NCBI GenBank assembly: GCA_029882995.1
Contig: JAOUJV010000002.1
Location: 7,330-71,329, forward strand
Source: Gammaproteobacteria bacterium
GTDB taxonomy: Bacteria > Pseudomonadota > Gammaproteobacteria > DAOVJZ01
DNA length: 64,000 nt
Reading direction: 5' to 3'
Each line of letters begins with the position of its first letter. The stretch's first letter is position 1. Below are positions 63,141 to 64,000 of this stretch, in pieces. A program made the translations under genes and the position numbers. A model generated the notes under the pieces. It had not been told where the DNA came from and searched no databases. It saw nothing but the letters and a program-made list of their open reading frames with translations.

Positions 63141-64000
63141 ATGCCAAAAATGAGATTCATATTTTCAATAATCGCTTTAGTATTTTGTGTTTTCCCAGCA
63201 CATGCAGAAACAAATGTAATTATTACAATTGATGTTGAATCTTTTACTGGAGGTTACCCAGAGCGTGATATCTATGGGAAGCTGGATGGACATAATGAAT
63301 TGTATGGCACACCTAAAATTCTGGATATACTGAAAAAATATAATGCAAAAGCAACTTTCTACCTGAATGTCTATGAAATAGCAGAGCATGGTGAGAAACC
63401 AATAAAGGACATTGCACAGAAAATCCTTGCATACGGACAGGACCTTCAATTACATACACATCTTTTACCTATGTATGGAAAAGCAGCTTTATCCCATTTT
63501 GAACTAGATAAGCAAATAGAAATACTGGGAAAGGGTAAATTGCTCATCAAGGAATGGACTGGATATGATGTGGTTGCGCATCGTGCTGGTGCTTATAAGG
63601 CAAATATGGACACAATGACTGCGCTTGCAAAAAATAATATTTTTATTGACTCATCACTGTCTCCAGCCTCCAAGCCACCTTCTCCCTTATCTCGAAAAGG
63701 CTATCTGTTTAATGATATTTCAGAAATTGCTGGAATAACGCAACTCCCTATTACTTATTTTGAACAACTAAGGATAGGTAATTGGAGTTCAAAGCGATTT
63801 TTAGATATTGAAAGCGTATCGTTGAGTGAGCTAAAAAACATCCTTAACCAGTTTTCCAAAGAGGGGACATGTACTGCAAATATCATGATGCACAGTTTTA
63901 GTTTCATTCGTTTTGGCTACCCTGATATCAAGACTGTTGAGCGGTTAGATAAATTACTTGAGTTTATTTCCAGTAATAATAGCTTCACAACCAATAATGT
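63141..64000 (+). CDS. Secreted polysaccharide deacetylase (NodB / CE4 family). The 3' end lies beyond the window.
   Basis: ATG at 63141, signal peptide 'MPKMRFIFSIIALVFCVFPAHA', then 'ITIDVE...ATFYL...HTHL...' NodB-homology motifs. It is absent from the ORF track because no stop lies within the window. Confidence 0.6.
   Translation, partial: MPKMRFIFSIIALVFCVFPAHAETNVIITIDVESFTGGYPERDIYGKLDGHNELYGTPKILDILKKYNAKATFYLNVYEIAEHGEKPIKDIAQKILAYGQDLQLHTHLLPMYGKAALSHFELDKQIEILGKGKLLIKEWTGYDVVAHRAGAYKANMDTMTALAKNNIFIDSSLSPASKPPSPLSRKGYLFNDISEIAGITQLPITYFEQLRIGNWSSKRFLDIESVSLSELKNILNQFSKEGTCTANIMMHSFSFIRFGYPDIKTVERLDKLLEFISSNNSFTTNN

Noticed and set aside
63177-63449. A 90-aa ORF on the minus strand after tRNA-Pro.
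   Set aside because: It overlaps the + strand polysaccharide-deacetylase gene (63141 onward), which has a signal peptide and conserved CE4 motifs. The minus-strand translation is Cys/Phe-rich and low-complexity.

Overview
This 64 kb window comes from a low-GC gammaproteobacterium. Its left half (1-38.0 kb) is a large, compositionally mosaic surface-polysaccharide locus of the O-antigen / Wzy-Wzz type, and the right 16 kb is conserved housekeeping DNA.

Polysaccharide locus, in order:
- gmd (3' end) and fcl for GDP-fucose, then an RfaH-like antiterminator and a Rex-like winged-helix regulator.
- An exact ops element (GGCGGTAGCGTG) 30 bp before wzz.
- A pseudaminic-acid (Pse) operon pseB-pseC-pseF-pseG ... 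pseI in which a formyltransferase-like gene sits where pseH is expected.
- Inside that operon: hisH plus a hisF::N-acetyl-sugar-amidotransferase fusion, an ATP-grasp enzyme and a TylF-type methyltransferase. A CysQ-like phosphatase and a PIG-L deacetylase follow.
- A decayed NeuB/LegI-like synthase remnant just after the PIG-L gene.
- A very AT-rich core (about 16.5-32.3 kb) carrying six or seven glycosyltransferases, six SAM methyltransferases, a PglK/MsbA-like ABC exporter and wzy.
- wecD and wecE for dTDP-Fuc4NAc, although rmlBACD lies about 25 kb away, beyond uvrB.
- A Pseudomonas-style terminal block wbpV-wbpL-wbpM followed by galU.

Middle of the window:
- A minus-strand operon that joins a partner-switching module (HDOD-PP2C phosphatase, GHKL anti-sigma-type kinase, STAS protein) to an MCE-type ABC lipid transporter (permease, ATPase, MCE protein, DUF330 lipoprotein). 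mlaC is divergent from it.
- A tRNA-Asn integration hotspot. Two about 85-bp direct repeats carry a tRNA-Asn 3'-end-like core and delimit two tandem integrase-less islets. One islet holds a GC-rich AlbA_2-domain protein. The other holds an FRG-domain protein with a small companion ORF and an orphan tRNA 3' fragment.

Right side:
- A FimT/GspH-like pilin gene, a class-I aminotransferase, uvrB, rmlBACD and tRNA-Val(GAC).
- thrS-infC-rpmI-rplT-pheS-pheT-ihfA followed by a MerR-family gene and tRNA-Pro(GGG).
- The 5' part of a secreted polysaccharide deacetylase, which runs off the window.

Every call rests on reading the ORF translations and the DNA by eye. No database search was run. Family assignments are recognitions of conserved motifs, not computed hits.
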